A DNA stretch of 64,000 nt from Minisyncoccota bacterium (GCA_022841985.1 JALHQL010000006.1:16-64015), one strand, 5' to 3'. Numbered from the stretch's first letter, positions 1-10,536 are shown. The notes: generated by a model from the letters alone, not told the origin. Translations and numbers: made by a program.

Positions 1-3000
1 AGTGGCCGTACCTATCTGAGTGCCGCTTCGGTATATGCGGTATCCGGTGACACCCACGGCGTCAGTGGAGGCAGTCCAGGAGAGGTTGATTTGTGAAGAA
101 GAGACAGCGGTGGCGGTGAGGTTGGTGGGAGTGGAAGGGGTGGTGGTGTCGGAGGGGGGAGGGGGTGGAGGTGGAGTTACTCCGCCAGTATTTACTCCAA
201 TGACTTCAGCGCCAGTGATGTATGCACCGACAGGAATCGTTGCACCCGTGGTGCCACCAATGGAGTGAGCAACTCGACCTGCGGTCAATGCAGGAGATCC
301 TGCAGACAGTCGGAAATTTCCTCCGGCCGCATTGACGAATTGCGGATTCACGCCGCTAATACTATTAACATCTTGTCCCGGATAGGAACTCTGCCATTGG
401 GGAAACGTACGCGTAGTACCGTCCCGTTGGAAGTTAGTAAACGTATAGTAAAAATTACGATCAAACAGGATACGGTCCAATTCCCAGTTCATCCCAGCCC
501 CGGAACTTTCGGTGTAAATGCTGGTGGCACTACTATTCACAACAAGGTTGTTCTGTACGAAGTTATTCGAGTTGTCGGCCAGGACCGGCCCGCCATAAAC
601 CGCAACCCCGTGACCAGTGCCGTAGATCGTATTATTAACGAAGCGGGCGTTGCTTGGGCCGTCATGGGTTTGCCCACTCTGCAACGGATAGGGCCAGAGG
701 CAAATCCCACAACTACCGGCTGTCACTCCCGTATGGACGATATTCTGGTACCAGAGCGTGTAGACGGTTGGGGCTGTATGGAAATGTCGAAGATCCACCA
801 TTCCATAGGTCGTATTATGGATGAGGTTAAAGCGGACGATATCCTGCTCATCGGCGAATCGTGTAGGATCCACTGCCGGACCGTTAAAGCCGATGGCTTT
901 ATAGAAAATACCGCTGCCCGTGTCGTAGATATGATTGTTCTCCAGTGTTAATCCATCTGAGTTGTAGATTTGGATCCCGGCGGCATTTATATCATTGTTC
1001 AAGGGCCCATTCGTGAGGTTGTGAATCGTGCTGTTAGCCACTGTGACCAGACGTGAGCTTTGTATGCGCACGCCGGTGTGATTGTCATCGTAGGACCCTC
1101 CATTGCCGTTGATATGTAGATTGTATGCTCCACCGCCTGTCGTATTGAAAAACACTACAGCACCTGTATCTGGAGTAGTAACTGCGTTTGCTTCATGAAT
1201 TGAAAACCCATCCCAGACGATATAATTCCGGCCACTTGTGCCAATGAGTGGGTTGGGTAGGACAGAATGTGTGAGCGTCACCGTCCCTATAGCGCGAAAC
1301 GTTATAGGATTGCCACTGGTGCCCGAATTGACCGGGTTCAGAATGATATTCGTCAATGGACTAGATGATGTTGGGCCACTATTAGTATTGTAGGTTCCGG
1401 CAGTCACGAGAACCGTGTCCCCCGCCGTTGCTGCCTGTGCAGACACAGGCGACGCATAGTTAGTACTCCCCCACACAGCTCGTCCAATGGTGCACCAAGG
1501 AGTAGATGCGGAGTTGTTGGCATAGGTGGTGGCGTCAGAGCAAGTAGTAGTGTTGTTCACATAAAGAGTACGGCCCGAGCCAGTAACGGGCGGTGTTGTA
1601 TCTGTCTGCGTCGTCGCACTCACTCCTGCTGTTTGTGCAGACACATTCCCTGCGGCGTCATAGGCAGAGACGGTATAGGTGTATGAGGTGGAGGGTGAGA
1701 GACCGGTGTTTGAATAAGAGTTTGTTGTTGCGGTGGTGATTTGAGTACCGTTTCTGTATATGCGGTAGCCGGTGACACCCACGGCATCAGTGGAAGCAGT
1801 CCAGGAGAGGTTGATTTGTGAAGAAGAGATGGAGGTTGCGGTGAGGTTGGTGGGGGTGGAAGGGGCGGTGGTGTCGGTGGGGGCGGCTGCTTGGGTGGTG
1901 GCAGAGACACTTGCTGACTGGGTGGAGACATTCCCTGCTGCGTCATAGGCGGCGATGGTGTATGAGTATGCTGTTGCAGCAGTGAGACCGGTGTTGGAGT
2001 ATGAGATAGCAGTGGTGGTGGTGATTTGGACTCCGTTCCTGTAGATGCGGTAGCCGGTGACGGCAGTGTTGTCGGTGGAAGCAGTCCAGGAGAGGTTGAT
2101 CTGAGAGGAAGAGATGGAGGTGGCAGTGAGGTTGGTGGGGATGGTGGGAGCGGAAGTGTCTGAAGGAGGAGGGGTACCACCTGAGGTTTCGTCAGCACCG
2201 ATGTCGTATGGAGCAGAGCGGGTGGTGCCGTCGATGTCGGTTGAGAGGGCGAGGTATGGGTCGGAGGAGAGAGTGGCGCCGAAGTCGCGAGCGCCAGTGT
2301 CGGAGGAGGAGAGGTGGAGATCTCTACTTGTTTCATTTACAAACGAAACAGAAGTTGCATTTCTGGCATTCGATCCGGGAGCGTCAGATTGTGTAGGCCC
2401 TGAGAGACTATTCGAGCTTTGAGCATTAAATATACCCGAGTAGTTATCGGTGTTGTTATAGGAGAGGTTGTTCTTCGCTATGACAGTGATGCCGGAATTC
2501 TCAGCATTAGAAGCAATACCTATATGATTATTAAAAATGGTGTTGTTGTAAGCATATACAGTCTGATTTCCACTCCCACGGAAAATAAGTCCTCCGGAAT
2601 ATGCTGCTGCGCCGCGATTTATATCGTAAATAATATTATTAAATACTCTTAAAGTAGAACCCGCGGCACCTGAATTGACTAAAAGTCCAGATGACGGTGC
2701 AGTTGCGTCCCCTGCTCCACGAATAATGGAATCTGAAACACGTATATCTGTAACTCCAGTTACCAAAATACTCGAGATGTTTATTATATTCGAATACGAC
2801 TGAACACCAGTATTCCGTATCTGTAGCCCAGAAACTCGAACATTCTCCTCATTAATATTAAAAACTGAGGCCTGGTTTAGTAAAACTTCTAATCGATACT
2901 TGCTAGTATCCCACACCCCCGCATGTCGTGCTTCAGGAGCGGTATAGATACGGATGTAGCGGGTGGCGTCGGTGGTCCAGCCGTCGATGGTAAGAGCTGC

Positions 3001-3240
3001 AGTATCCGGATTTGTCCACACACCCTCAATACGCACCGTCTCTTGCTCATTGAGAGCGACAAGATCTCTCTGTCGTGCTGCTTCCCACGCAGAGAGAGAG
3101 GTGTAGCAGGTGGAGTAGCCGGTGCAGTCTTGGCGGATGAGAGAGACTGTTTCTGTTGCTGTTTGTGCAGATGCAGAGGGGGCAAAGATGAAGAAGCCGA
3201 CAAAGAGAATGGAGAGGATGGTTGTATTGGAACGGGTCAT
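1..3240 (-). CDS. Large secreted/surface protein with FN3 repeats and probable beta-helix regions (3' end runs off window)
   Basis: Not in ORF track because no stop lies in the window. Hand translation from ATG 3240: MTRSNTTILSILFVGFFIFAPSASAQ (signal peptide). Three in-frame FN3 repeats INLSWTASTD..VTGYRIYR at ~2100, ~1815 and ~90. Middle of the frame not checked codon by codon. Confidence 0.85.
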   Translation of the reverse strand, partial: MTRSNTTILSILFVGFFIFAPSASAQTATETVSLIRQDCTGYSTCYTSLSAWEAARQRDLVALNEQETVRIEGVWTNPDTAALTIDGWTTDATRYIRIYTAPEARHAGVWDTSKYRLEVLLNQASVFNINEENVRVSGLQIRNTGVQSYSNIINISSILVTGVTDIRVSDSIIRGAGDATAPSSGLLVNSGAAGSTLRVFNNIIYDINRGAAAYSGGLIFRGSGNQTVYAYNNTIFNNHIGIASNAENSGITVIAKNNLSYNNTDNYSGIFNAQSSNSLSGPTQSDAPGSNARNATSVSFVNETSRDLHLSSSDTGARDFGATLSSDPYLALSTDIDGTTRSAPYDIGADETSGGTPPPSDTSAPTIPTNLTATSISSSQINLSWTASTDNTAVTGYRIYRNGVQITTTTAISYSNTGLTAATAYSYTIAAYDAAGNVSTQSASVSATTQAAAPTDTTAPSTPTNLTATSISSSQINLSWTASTDAVGVTGYRIYRNGTQITTATTNSYSNTGLSPSTSYTYTVSAYDAAGNVSAQTAGVSATTQTDTTPPVTGSGRTLYVNNTTTCSDATTYANNSASTPWCTIGRAVWGSTNYASPVSAQAATAGDTVLVTAGTYNTNSGPTSSSPLTNIILNPVNSGTSGNPITFRAIGTVTLTHSVLPNPLIGTSGRNYIVWDGFSIHEANAVTTPDTGAVVFFNTTGGGAYNLHINGNGGSYDDNHTGVRIQSSRLVTVANSTIHNLTNGPLNNDINAAGIQIYNSDGLTLENNHIYDTGSGIFYKAIGFNGPAVDPTRFADEQDIVRFNLIHNTTYGMVDLRHFHTAPTVYTLWYQNIVHTGVTAGSCGICLWPYPLQSGQTHDGPSNARFVNNTIYGTGHGVAVYGGPVLADNSNNFVQNNLVVNSSATSIYTESSGAGMNWELDRILFDRNFYYTFTNFQRDGTTRTFPQWQSSYPGQDVNSISGVNPQFVNAAGGNFRLSAGSPALTAGRVAHSIGGTTGATIPVGAYITGAEVIGVNTGGVTPPPPPPPSDTTTPSTPTNLTATAVSSSQINLSWTASTDAVGVTGYRIYRSGTQIGTAT

Positions 3241-3366
3241 GAGAGACTGTTCCGTACAGTATACCCCATCATGGGTATGGAATGTTCCTCTTTTAGTGTG
3301 GAGAATCGACTATCTCCCCAAACTCCTCCTCACCTGAAAACGTCCCTCTTTTTTAAAATTTAAATC

Positions 3367-4641
3367 TTAGTACTCCCGGAGAGAAACTTGTGCGTCGATC
3401 TTACGTGCGAGATCAAGAGCGACTTGTACCGCAATGAGGAGCGCCGTACCGCCGAGCACCAAGGTCGTGATACCGGTGAGCCCTTGAATGACCGCGGGAG
3501 AGACTGCAATGAGACCGAGGAAAACAGCTCCTGGGAACGTGACGCGATTCACCACCTTGCCGATATACTCTTCGGTTTCGCGACCGGGGCGCACGCCCGG
3601 AACGAAAGCTCCTGTCTTCTGGAGATTTTCTGCAACACGATGAGGTTCAAACGTGACTCCGGTATAGAAATATGTAAAGAGCACCACGAGAACGAAGTAG
3701 GCTGCTCCATATTCCCACGAATTGGAAAGGAACGCGGTGTACCAGAGTGCGGCACTTGATGCAAACGAGATGTTGAGTGCAGCAAGCATCGAGAGCGCCA
3801 TCTGCGGCAAAAGCAGGAGCGAAAGCGCGAAGATGATCGGCATAACACCCGCTTGCAAAAGCCGAATAGGGAGATAGGTCGCCGCGCCTTGCGAGAGCGC
3901 CGCGCCGCGCACGGCTCTGGCATAGGCAATCGGTATCGAACGTTCGGCATCGGAAACAACGACCACCGCATACATCATCGCAAGTGCAAGAACAGTAAAC
4001 GCGAGGTAGGCAGGAATATTTGCTGCCGTAGCCGCAAATATAGCCTGTGAAAGACTTGGAGGAAGAGTTGCGAGAATTCCTGCGAGAATGATAAGCGAAA
4101 CACCGTTTCCGATACCGAATTCAGTCACAAGCTCTCCAATCCACATGAGAAGCAACGCGCCTGCAGTAACAAGAACGATATTCGCAACAAGCGCAACCGT
4201 GCTCAATTGCGCTATGATTCCCTGATTCTCAAGAAGCGACAGAAAACTAAAAGCTTGCAAAACAGCGATTGGGATCGTAAGAAGACGACTCCATTGAACA
4301 AATTTTGCGCGCCCTGCCTCTCCCTCTTCGTGATACGCTCGTTTCACTTGCGGGAAAACAACAGTGCCGAGCTGCATAATAATCGAAGCGGTAATGAATG
4401 GACCAACACCGAGCATGACGATTGAAAGTTGTTCAAGTCCTCCTCCTGAAAAAATATTAAGGAGACCGAGGAATTGATTATTTTCGAAGAAGGAGGCGAG
4501 AGCAACCTTATCTACACCTGGAATTGGTATTGAGGCAAGAAGACGAAACAGTGCAAGAGCACCAATAAGAAAGAAAATGCGAAAACGAATTTCGGGATCC
4601 CCGAAAGCGAGCTTGAGTTTGTGAATTAAAGAATTAAGCAT
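3367..4641 (-). CDS. secY: Preprotein translocase SecY
   Basis: LGVGPFITASIIMQL, IGNGVSLII, GAFVPGVRPG motifs; follows rplO; start MLNSLIHK. Confidence 0.98.
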   Translation of the reverse strand: MLNSLIHKLKLAFGDPEIRFRIFFLIGALALFRLLASIPIPGVDKVALASFFENNQFLGLLNIFSGGGLEQLSIVMLGVGPFITASIIMQLGTVVFPQVKRAYHEEGEAGRAKFVQWSRLLTIPIAVLQAFSFLSLLENQGIIAQLSTVALVANIVLVTAGALLLMWIGELVTEFGIGNGVSLIILAGILATLPPSLSQAIFAATAANIPAYLAFTVLALAMMYAVVVVSDAERSIPIAYARAVRGAALSQGAATYLPIRLLQAGVMPIIFALSLLLLPQMALSMLAALNISFASSAALWYTAFLSNSWEYGAAYFVLVVLFTYFYTGVTFEPHRVAENLQKTGAFVPGVRPGRETEEYIGKVVNRVTFPGAVFLGLIAVSPAVIQGLTGITTLVLGGTALLIAVQVALDLARKIDAQVSLREY

Positions 4642-5086
4642 GAATGGTGCCGCCGGCAGCAAGAAGTGCAGTACGTGCGCCAGTAGACACTGTGCAGCCA
4701 TCAACAATCAAAGCTTTCGTGAGAGAGCCAACGCCAAGAATCTTTACAATCGGTGCACGACCTTTTGCACGGCGTACCAAATCCTTTGCAAGAAGTGTCG
4801 CAGGCGAAATCGTCTCGCCGGCCTTATAGACCGCTTCAATGGCAGAGAGATTAACTACTGAAACGGGAAGGCGATTCGTTCGAACCGTACGTGCACGATT
4901 CTTTCCGTGGCCACGAAGCTTTGGGAGCTTCTTGATGAGATCCCGAGACTCTGGACGTATCTTGTGTCCAGCGCGTGCGGTCTGTCCTTTACCTCCGCGA
5001 CCGGAAGTCTTGCCACGCTTGCCGCCGCGGCCGACAGGTGGATTTTTTCTATTCTTAGTGCGAGGAGAAAATGTGTGGAGTTGCAT
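4634..5086 (-). CDS. rplO: 50S ribosomal protein L15
   Basis: VGRGGKRGKTSGRGGKGQTARAG, LPKLRG, VKILG. Confidence 0.97.
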   Translation of the reverse strand: MQLHTFSPRTKNRKNPPVGRGGKRGKTSGRGGKGQTARAGHKIRPESRDLIKKLPKLRGHGKNRARTVRTNRLPVSVVNLSAIEAVYKAGETISPATLLAKDLVRRAKGRAPIVKILGVGSLTKALIVDGCTVSTGARTALLAAGGTIHA

Positions 5087-5096
5087 ATATAAAATA

Positions 5097-5741
5097 TTAT
5101 TTCGCACGAAGCTTCTTGAGCGCTGCGACCGTTGCGCGAGCAATGGTGAGCTTATTCTTAGAGCGAGAGTGTATCTTAGTTACCACATCCGTCACCCCAG
5201 CAAGATCGAGCACTGTACGCACCGCTGAGCCAGCGACAAGACCTCGACCCTTCGAGGGGATGATTTCAACAGTGGAAGATGCGTATTTCATTGAAACTTG
5301 GTGTGGAATTGAACCTGAGGCCGTGCGAGGAACGACAAAGAGATGTTTCTTTGCATCGCGCGTCGCTTTATCAACGGCAAGAGCAGTATCAATTCCCTTC
5401 CCAAGACCGACTCCTACGCGACCCTTACGGTCACCGATAATAATCACAAGACTGAAATTAAAACGGCGGCCGCCGGCCATCACGCGAGCAACACGTCTCG
5501 CATCAATTGTTACTTGTTCGAACTCTCCGCGCTCACGTGGTGGACGAGCACGACTGCCTGTACGCGAAGCACGACCACGCTGAGATCCGCGAGCGCGAGG
5601 TGTGGCGGTCGCCGCAATAGGAGATGCCTCAGCGGAAACAGCTTCGGCCGACTCAATCTCACTGTCAACAGCACTATCAGCTGCGACCGGCTCAGCATCG
5701 TTCACTTTCTGTATAATCTCTGGTTCCATCGACATAGTCAT
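5097..5741 (-). CDS. rpsE: 30S ribosomal protein S5 with long N-terminal extension
   Basis: RRVARVMAGGRRFNF, GRVGVGLGK. Confidence 0.97.
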   Translation of the reverse strand: MTMSMEPEIIQKVNDAEPVAADSAVDSEIESAEAVSAEASPIAATATPRARGSQRGRASRTGSRARPPRERGEFEQVTIDARRVARVMAGGRRFNFSLVIIIGDRKGRVGVGLGKGIDTALAVDKATRDAKKHLFVVPRTASGSIPHQVSMKYASSTVEIIPSKGRGLVAGSAVRTVLDLAGVTDVVTKIHSRSKNKLTIARATVAALKKLRAK

Positions 5742-5747
5742 TAAGTA

Positions 5748-6098
5748 TTAAAAAACGAGTCCTCCCGTGCGTGCGGCTTCGGCAAGAGCCTTTACTTGTC
5801 CCCCGTAACGATAGCCACCTCGATCAAAAACGATTGTCGTGATGCCTGCCGTCTTAGCTTTCTTAGCGATTGCCGCGCCAACGGACGTAGCCTGTACCGA
5901 TTGCGGTCCTTTAAACTCACGCCCATGCGATGCAGCAACCGTCTTCCCTGCTGTGTCGTCGATAAGCTGTGCCGAGACAAATCGGTTGCTTCGATATACG
6001 GCGAGGCGAGGCCGTTCCGCTGTGCCTTTTATAGTTGCGCGCACCCGCGCATGGCGGCGCTTACGAAGTTCACTATTTGTTGCGGGTGTGTGTTTCAT
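5748..6098 (-). CDS. rplR: 50S ribosomal protein L18
   Basis: [30 protein letters not shown]. Confidence 0.98.
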   Translation of the reverse strand: MKHTPATNSELRKRRHARVRATIKGTAERPRLAVYRSNRFVSAQLIDDTAGKTVAASHGREFKGPQSVQATSVGAAIAKKAKTAGITTIVFDRGGYRYGGQVKALAEAARTGGLVF

Positions 6099-6127
6099 AA
6101 TGTTGTACGCTTTATTTCCCTCTCATC

Positions 6128-6658
6128 TTACACGGCCTTCTTCCCCTGCTTGCGGCGAATAATTTCACCGTCATAACGAATACCCTTGCCGAGGTACGGT
6201 TCCGGCGGCTTCACTCGCCGAATGTCCGCCGCAAATTGCCCGACCGACTCTTTGTTCAAACTCTCGAGCTTGATTATGTTCTTTTCAACCGTTGCCGAGA
6301 TATCTTCCGGAATCTTAAGCGCAACCGTGTGAGAAAAACCGACGGTGAGAACGATATCTTTCCCTTTAGCTTCCACTTTGTAGCCGACACCTTCGAGAAT
6401 GAGTTTCTTCATGTAGCGATTCTCGACACCGGCGACCATGTTCCTCACGTGAGAAGCAAAGGTACCCGTGAGCACTTTACTAAGGCGAGAGCGATCCTTC
6501 GGAGTGATAGAGACGCCCGTCGCATCGACGGTAATATCAATCGAAGGATGGACACGCTTGGTAAGTGTACCTTTCGACCCTTTGACCGTTAGCACCCCGG
6601 AATTCACCGAGACATCAGCCTTTCCTACTGCTATTGATTTTTTTGCAAGTCGACTCAT
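6128..6658 (-). CDS. rplF: 50S ribosomal protein L6
   Basis: MSRLAKK start, PEPYLGKGIRY. Confidence 0.98.
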   Translation of the reverse strand: MSRLAKKSIAVGKADVSVNSGVLTVKGSKGTLTKRVHPSIDITVDATGVSITPKDRSRLSKVLTGTFASHVRNMVAGVENRYMKKLILEGVGYKVEAKGKDIVLTVGFSHTVALKIPEDISATVEKNIIKLESLNKESVGQFAADIRRVKPPEPYLGKGIRYDGEIIRRKQGKKAV

Positions 6659-6662
6659 AGGA

Positions 6663-7067
6663 TTACCAAATTTCGAAAAGCTCTTCGCCGCCGAAACGGT
6701 TTTTTCGCGCCTCTGCATCTGAAATGATACCGGCCGAAGAAGAGATGAGACGTGCACCCGTGCCGCCCTTCACCCGATGTGCGGCCGTAAAAGGAGCATA
6801 GAGGCGGCGGCCTGGCTTCGAGATTCTCTTAACTCCACGCAGGATTGCGTGTCCATGCTCATCAAGGGCGAGCGTTGCGACAAACGACTTCTTCACTTCT
6901 TCACCTTCTTTCAACTTTGTGTCGACCTGCGACAAGAAGCCAAGTTCTTTGAGCTTCTTTGCAATAGCGACGAGGTGTGAGGAATACGGGACCACTACCT
7001 CGCTCTTGCCAGCGAGAGCGGCATTTTGCAGACGGATGATGAAATCGCCGACGCGGTCAGTTACCAT
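6663..7067 (-). CDS. rpsH: 30S ribosomal protein S8
   Basis: [31 protein letters not shown]. Confidence 0.97.
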   Translation of the reverse strand: MVTDRVGDFIIRLQNAALAGKSEVVVPYSSHLVAIAKKLKELGFLSQVDTKLKEGEEVKKSFVATLALDEHGHAILRGVKRISKPGRRLYAPFTAAHRVKGGTGARLISSSAGIISDAEARKNRFGGEELFEIW

Positions 7068-7330
7068 GATGCTTTTTTTACGCCCGGAATCTTCCCTTCA
7101 CGTGCGAGCTCGCGGAACTGGATACGGGAGAGACCGAACACGCGCATATAGCCACGAGAGCGGCCGGTGATAGCACAACGATTCTTGAGTCGTACTGGCG
7201 ATGAGTTTCTCGGAAGTTTTTGGAGACCTTCAGAATCGCCAGCCAACTTCAAAGCAGCACGCTTGACTGCGTACTTCTTCACAAGCTTGAGCTTTTTGGC
7301 GTATCTCGCCAGTTGGGACTTTTTTGCCAT
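7061..7330 (-). CDS. rpsN: 30S ribosomal protein S14 (89-aa, non-Zn-ribbon type)
   Basis: [33 protein letters not shown]; only one Cys. Confidence 0.97.
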   Translation of the reverse strand: MAKKSQLARYAKKLKLVKKYAVKRAALKLAGDSEGLQKLPRNSSPVRLKNRCAITGRSRGYMRVFGLSRIQFRELAREGKIPGVKKASW

Positions 7331-7364
7331 AAAAAAATGCTCCAGAGAGCGTAGTCAGAGATTA

Positions 7365-7916
7365 TCAGCGTTTTACGCCTGAGTCAACGATAAGCGGCAT
7401 GCCGATATGACGGAAGAAAGCCTCGGCCTCGGCCTTCGACTTGGCCGTAGTAACGATAGTGATAGCGAATCCAAAGACATCCTTCAGATCTTCATCGCTG
7501 GTCTCCGGGAAGATAGTGTTCTCTTTAATGCCGACCGTAAGATTTCCCATATCGTCGATTGCAGAGGCCTTCAAACCGCGGAAGTCGCGAGTACGCGGAA
7601 GTGCGATGTGGATGAGCTTGTCGATAAAATCAAACATTCGAACCCCGCGGAGCGTTACCTGGAGGCCAACAGTGTCGCCCTCGCGTACTTTAAACGAAGC
7701 GATAGAGAGACGAGCAGGACGCGGTGCTGGTTTCTGACCGGTGATCCTTGCAAGTCGGTCTTGGATGATCTCCAGTTGTTTTTTGTCGCGCTTCTTCCCG
7801 ACACCAGAAGAGACGATAATCTTCTGGATACGAGGGCCCTGCATCGTACTTGTGTAGCCGAATTTTTCCGCAAGCGCAGAATAGGCTGACTGTTGGCGTT
7901 GTTTGGTAATAGACAT
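7365..7916 (-). CDS. rplE: 50S ribosomal protein L5
   Basis: ITGQKP, VTLRG, LPRTRDFRGL. Confidence 0.98.
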   Translation of the reverse strand: MSITKQRQQSAYSALAEKFGYTSTMQGPRIQKIIVSSGVGKKRDKKQLEIIQDRLARITGQKPAPRPARLSIASFKVREGDTVGLQVTLRGVRMFDFIDKLIHIALPRTRDFRGLKASAIDDMGNLTVGIKENTIFPETSDEDLKDVFGFAITIVTTAKSKAEAEAFFRHIGMPLIVDSGVKR

Positions 7917-7918
7917 AA

Positions 7919-8137
7919 TTATTTTTCGATACGAGTCACATTTGATGCGTTCACAGGACGCGGACGCTCAATAATGCGGCCGACCTGTCCCGTACGACCC
8001 TTCGTATGACGTTTAAAGAGTGCGACGCCCTCGATAACGATCTTATTCTCTTTCGGCAGAGCACGAACGATGACACCAGACTTGCCCTTGTCCTTGCCTG
8101 CAATAACCCTTACCTTATCTCCTTTTTTTACATACAT
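7919..8137 (-). CDS. rplX: 50S ribosomal protein L24 (short, 72 aa)
   Basis: KKGDKVRVIAGKDKGKSG KOW motif; ends shortly after NASNV. Confidence 0.96.
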   Translation of the reverse strand: MYVKKGDKVRVIAGKDKGKSGVIVRALPKENKIVIEGVALFKRHTKGRTGQVGRIIERPRPVNASNVTRIEK

Positions 8138-8147
8138 ACCAAAAATA

Positions 8148-8525
8148 TTAAACGACTTCGGGTGCCAGAGACACGATAGAGTGCCAGCCGAGATCGGAGA
8201 GCTCGCGTGGTACTGGACCGAAGATACGATTTCCTTTCGGAGCCATCTCCTTTCCTTGTTTTTCGATAAGTACGACCGCATTTTCATCAAAACGAATGTA
8301 CGAACCATCTTTGCGTCCGAATGGTTTTACTTGTCGCACGACGACAGCGCGGTACACATCTTTCTTCTTCACTGCTTTGCGTGGTTCGGCAGTCTGTATA
8401 GAGATCACCACAACATCTCCAATTTCTGCATAGCGGCGCATAGAGCCGCCGAGCACCTTGAAAATACGGGCGACCTTCCCCCCGGAATTATCTGCGACCA
8501 TGACGATGGATTGAGGCTGCAACAT
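8148..8525 (-). CDS. rplN: 50S ribosomal protein L14
   Basis: VADNSGGK, IRFDENAVV, RIFGPVPREL. Confidence 0.98.
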   Translation of the reverse strand: MLQPQSIVMVADNSGGKVARIFKVLGGSMRRYAEIGDVVVISIQTAEPRKAVKKKDVYRAVVVRQVKPFGRKDGSYIRFDENAVVLIEKQGKEMAPKGNRIFGPVPRELSDLGWHSIVSLAPEVV

Positions 8526-8526
8526 A

Positions 8527-8802
8527 CTAGTTTGTATCACTCTCTACCGACACGGTCTTTGTCGGGTCGATGGCGAAATGTTTCATTTTTGAAATAGGGC
8601 GAGTCGCCACAATCGTAACCGTGTCACCGACTTTGGTCGTATTACCTGGGTCGTGTGCAAGATACTTCTTCGAACGTACGAAATATTTCTTGTACTTAGC
8701 ATTCTTCACATAGCGGTCGACCTTGACCGTGGCAGTGTCTTTCATCGCCGTCTTTACGACAGTGCCGACAAATGATTGGGGACGAATTATTTTTTGTTCC
8801 AT
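8527..8802 (-). CDS. rpsQ: 30S ribosomal protein S17
   Basis: GTVVKTAMKDT, KKYLAHD, TRPISKMKHF. Confidence 0.97.
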   Translation of the reverse strand: MEQKIIRPQSFVGTVVKTAMKDTATVKVDRYVKNAKYKKYFVRSKKYLAHDPGNTTKVGDTVTIVATRPISKMKHFAIDPTKTVSVESDTN

Positions 8803-8806
8803 AAGA

Positions 8807-9022
8807 TTATGCAGAAACGACTTGTCGTGCGGCTACCGAGCGAGCGTGCTGCTCGGTAAGCATCTGTGCGATTTTCGTGCGGAGCTTCCCTTTCGCATTC
8901 GGATCCTTAGCACGCGCGCCAGCAGCCGAAAAACGCTCGGTGCGCAGCTCGGCACGCGTATCGGCAAGGAGCTTGATGAGCTCCTGATCTGTTTTGGTCT
9001 TCATGTTATCTTTTTTTGTCAT
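8807..9022 (-). CDS. rpmC: 50S ribosomal protein L29
   Basis: Position between rplP and rpsQ; ELRTERF...LRTKIAQMLT. Confidence 0.9.
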   Translation of the reverse strand: MTKKDNMKTKTDQELIKLLADTRAELRTERFSAAGARAKDPNAKGKLRTKIAQMLTEQHARSVAARQVVSA

Positions 9023-9043
9023 ACAAATAGGGAAAAAGCAATA

Positions 9044-9466
9044 TTACCGACGGGCGATAATTGAGGTGATGACCGGAAGCTTCATGCCTGCCTGTCGCAA
9101 ATGGGCGCGAGCAATATCTTCAGGAACACCGTCAAGCTCAAAGAGTACGCGACCTGGACGCACCTCAAATACGTAATGCTTCGGATCTCCCTTACCGCTA
9201 CCCATACCCACTTCCGCAGGTTTAGCTGTTACTGGTCGATCAGGAAAAACACGGATCCACATCTTACCCGTCTTTGAAATCGCGCGGGCGAGTACTTTGC
9301 GTGCAGACTCGATCTGATTGCTCGTAACGCGAGCACTTGAGAGTGCCTTGATACCGAAAGAACCGAATACGATGGTTGTGCCGCGAGTATCAGGACGAGC
9401 AAGACGCTTCTCGCTCTTGCGCCCTGTCTGCCACTTACGATGCTTTACTTTCTTAGGAAACATCAT
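9044..9466 (-). CDS. rplP: 50S ribosomal protein L16
   Basis: MMFPKKVKHRK, WIRVFPDRP, GMGSGKG. Confidence 0.98.
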   Translation of the reverse strand: MMFPKKVKHRKWQTGRKSEKRLARPDTRGTTIVFGSFGIKALSSARVTSNQIESARKVLARAISKTGKMWIRVFPDRPVTAKPAEVGMGSGKGDPKHYVFEVRPGRVLFELDGVPEDIARAHLRQAGMKLPVITSIIARR

Positions 9467-9476
9467 GGTAAAAATA

Positions 9477-10190
9477 TTAGCTATGAGCAGATGCTGTCTC
9501 CGCCAAACGTACCGGCGTCTTCTTGTCCTGGTAGACATTGCCGCGATAGATCCATACCTTGATGCCAATGACCCCGTACGGCAAATACGCTTGCTCATGG
9601 GCAAAATCTATATCAGCACGAAAAGTCTGAAGAGGAATACGACCCTTCTTTGCCTCCTCCTTACGGCTCATTTCAGCACCCCCAAGCCTTCCTGAAAGCG
9701 CGATGCGTACACCCTCGACCTCGCGTACCGCAATAACCTTCTCAACCGTCTGCTTCAATACGCGACGGAAAGGCATACGCTTCTCAAGTCCTTCTGCAAT
9801 CATGTAGGCGACAATCGCAGCATCCGTCTCCGACTGGCGCACTTCATTGATATCGAACTTGACCTGCTTGCCGGCAGGCAAAGCATGCCCGGAGGCCTTC
9901 TGAACGACGGCGGTCAATTCTTTGCGCAGCTTGACCGCATTCTCGCCAGAACGGCCGATAACGAGACCAGGGCGTGCTGTCGAGAGAATGATGCGCAACT
10001 CATTTGCCGAACGCTCGATCTCGATGCCGCTCGTATAGGTCCCGCGTAGCTTTTTCGTAAGGAAGCGACGAATCGTCTCATCTACCTTTATGTTCTCGCG
10101 GTAGGTCTTCTTGTCGGCAGCGAACCAACGACTCTTCCAGTCTCGGATGATGCCGAGGCGGTGTGCAAAAGGATGTACGATATGCGTCAT
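9477..10190 (-). CDS. rpsC: 30S ribosomal protein S3
   Basis: VHPFAHRLGI, RPGLVIG, GRLGGAEMSR, YGVIGIKVWI. Confidence 0.98.
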   Translation of the reverse strand: MTHIVHPFAHRLGIIRDWKSRWFAADKKTYRENIKVDETIRRFLTKKLRGTYTSGIEIERSANELRIILSTARPGLVIGRSGENAVKLRKELTAVVQKASGHALPAGKQVKFDINEVRQSETDAAIVAYMIAEGLEKRMPFRRVLKQTVEKVIAVREVEGVRIALSGRLGGAEMSRKEEAKKGRIPLQTFRADIDFAHEQAYLPYGVIGIKVWIYRGNVYQDKKTPVRLAETASAHS

Positions 10191-10194
10191 AAAT

Positions 10195-10533
10195 TTATTT
10201 CGAAATTGGAGCTGCACCAAGAGTCAACTTCACTGAGCTCTTGCGGCGGCGGATAAGCGATGCACGCCCGAAAGCTCGCGGCATGTACTTTTTCAATATA
10301 CCGGCGCTTTCAACAACAATCGATTGCACTCTGAGTGTATTTATATCCTCACCCGATACTTTTGCATTGGCGATAGCGCTCTTGAGAAGTTTCATAATAG
10401 GTTCTGCAGCGCGCTTTGGGAGAAATTCAAGTGCGACAATCGCGTCTTGTACCTTCTTCCCTTTTACAAGATCAGTCACAAGGCGGACCTTGCGCGGTGT
10501 CTGGTTATGGCTCTTGAGGGTTGCGTATGCCAT
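10195..10533 (-). CDS. rplV: 50S ribosomal protein L22
   Basis: PRKVRLVTDLVKG, KLLKSAIANA, PRAFGRA. Confidence 0.98.
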   Translation of the reverse strand: MAYATLKSHNQTPRKVRLVTDLVKGKKVQDAIVALEFLPKRAAEPIMKLLKSAIANAKVSGEDINTLRVQSIVVESAGILKKYMPRAFGRASLIRRRKSSVKLTLGAAPISK

Positions 10534-10536
10534 ATA

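Noticed and set aside
71-2100. Three ~20-30-bp direct repeats resembling a CRISPR array
   Set aside because: Spacing is hundreds to over a thousand bp and they are in-frame FN3 coding repeats; no cas genes or array seen in the window.
20-3363. Plus-strand ORFs and the minus-strand 1620..2336 and 2889..3203 ORFs
   Set aside because: Shadows or alternative frames of the single long minus-strand surface protein gene.
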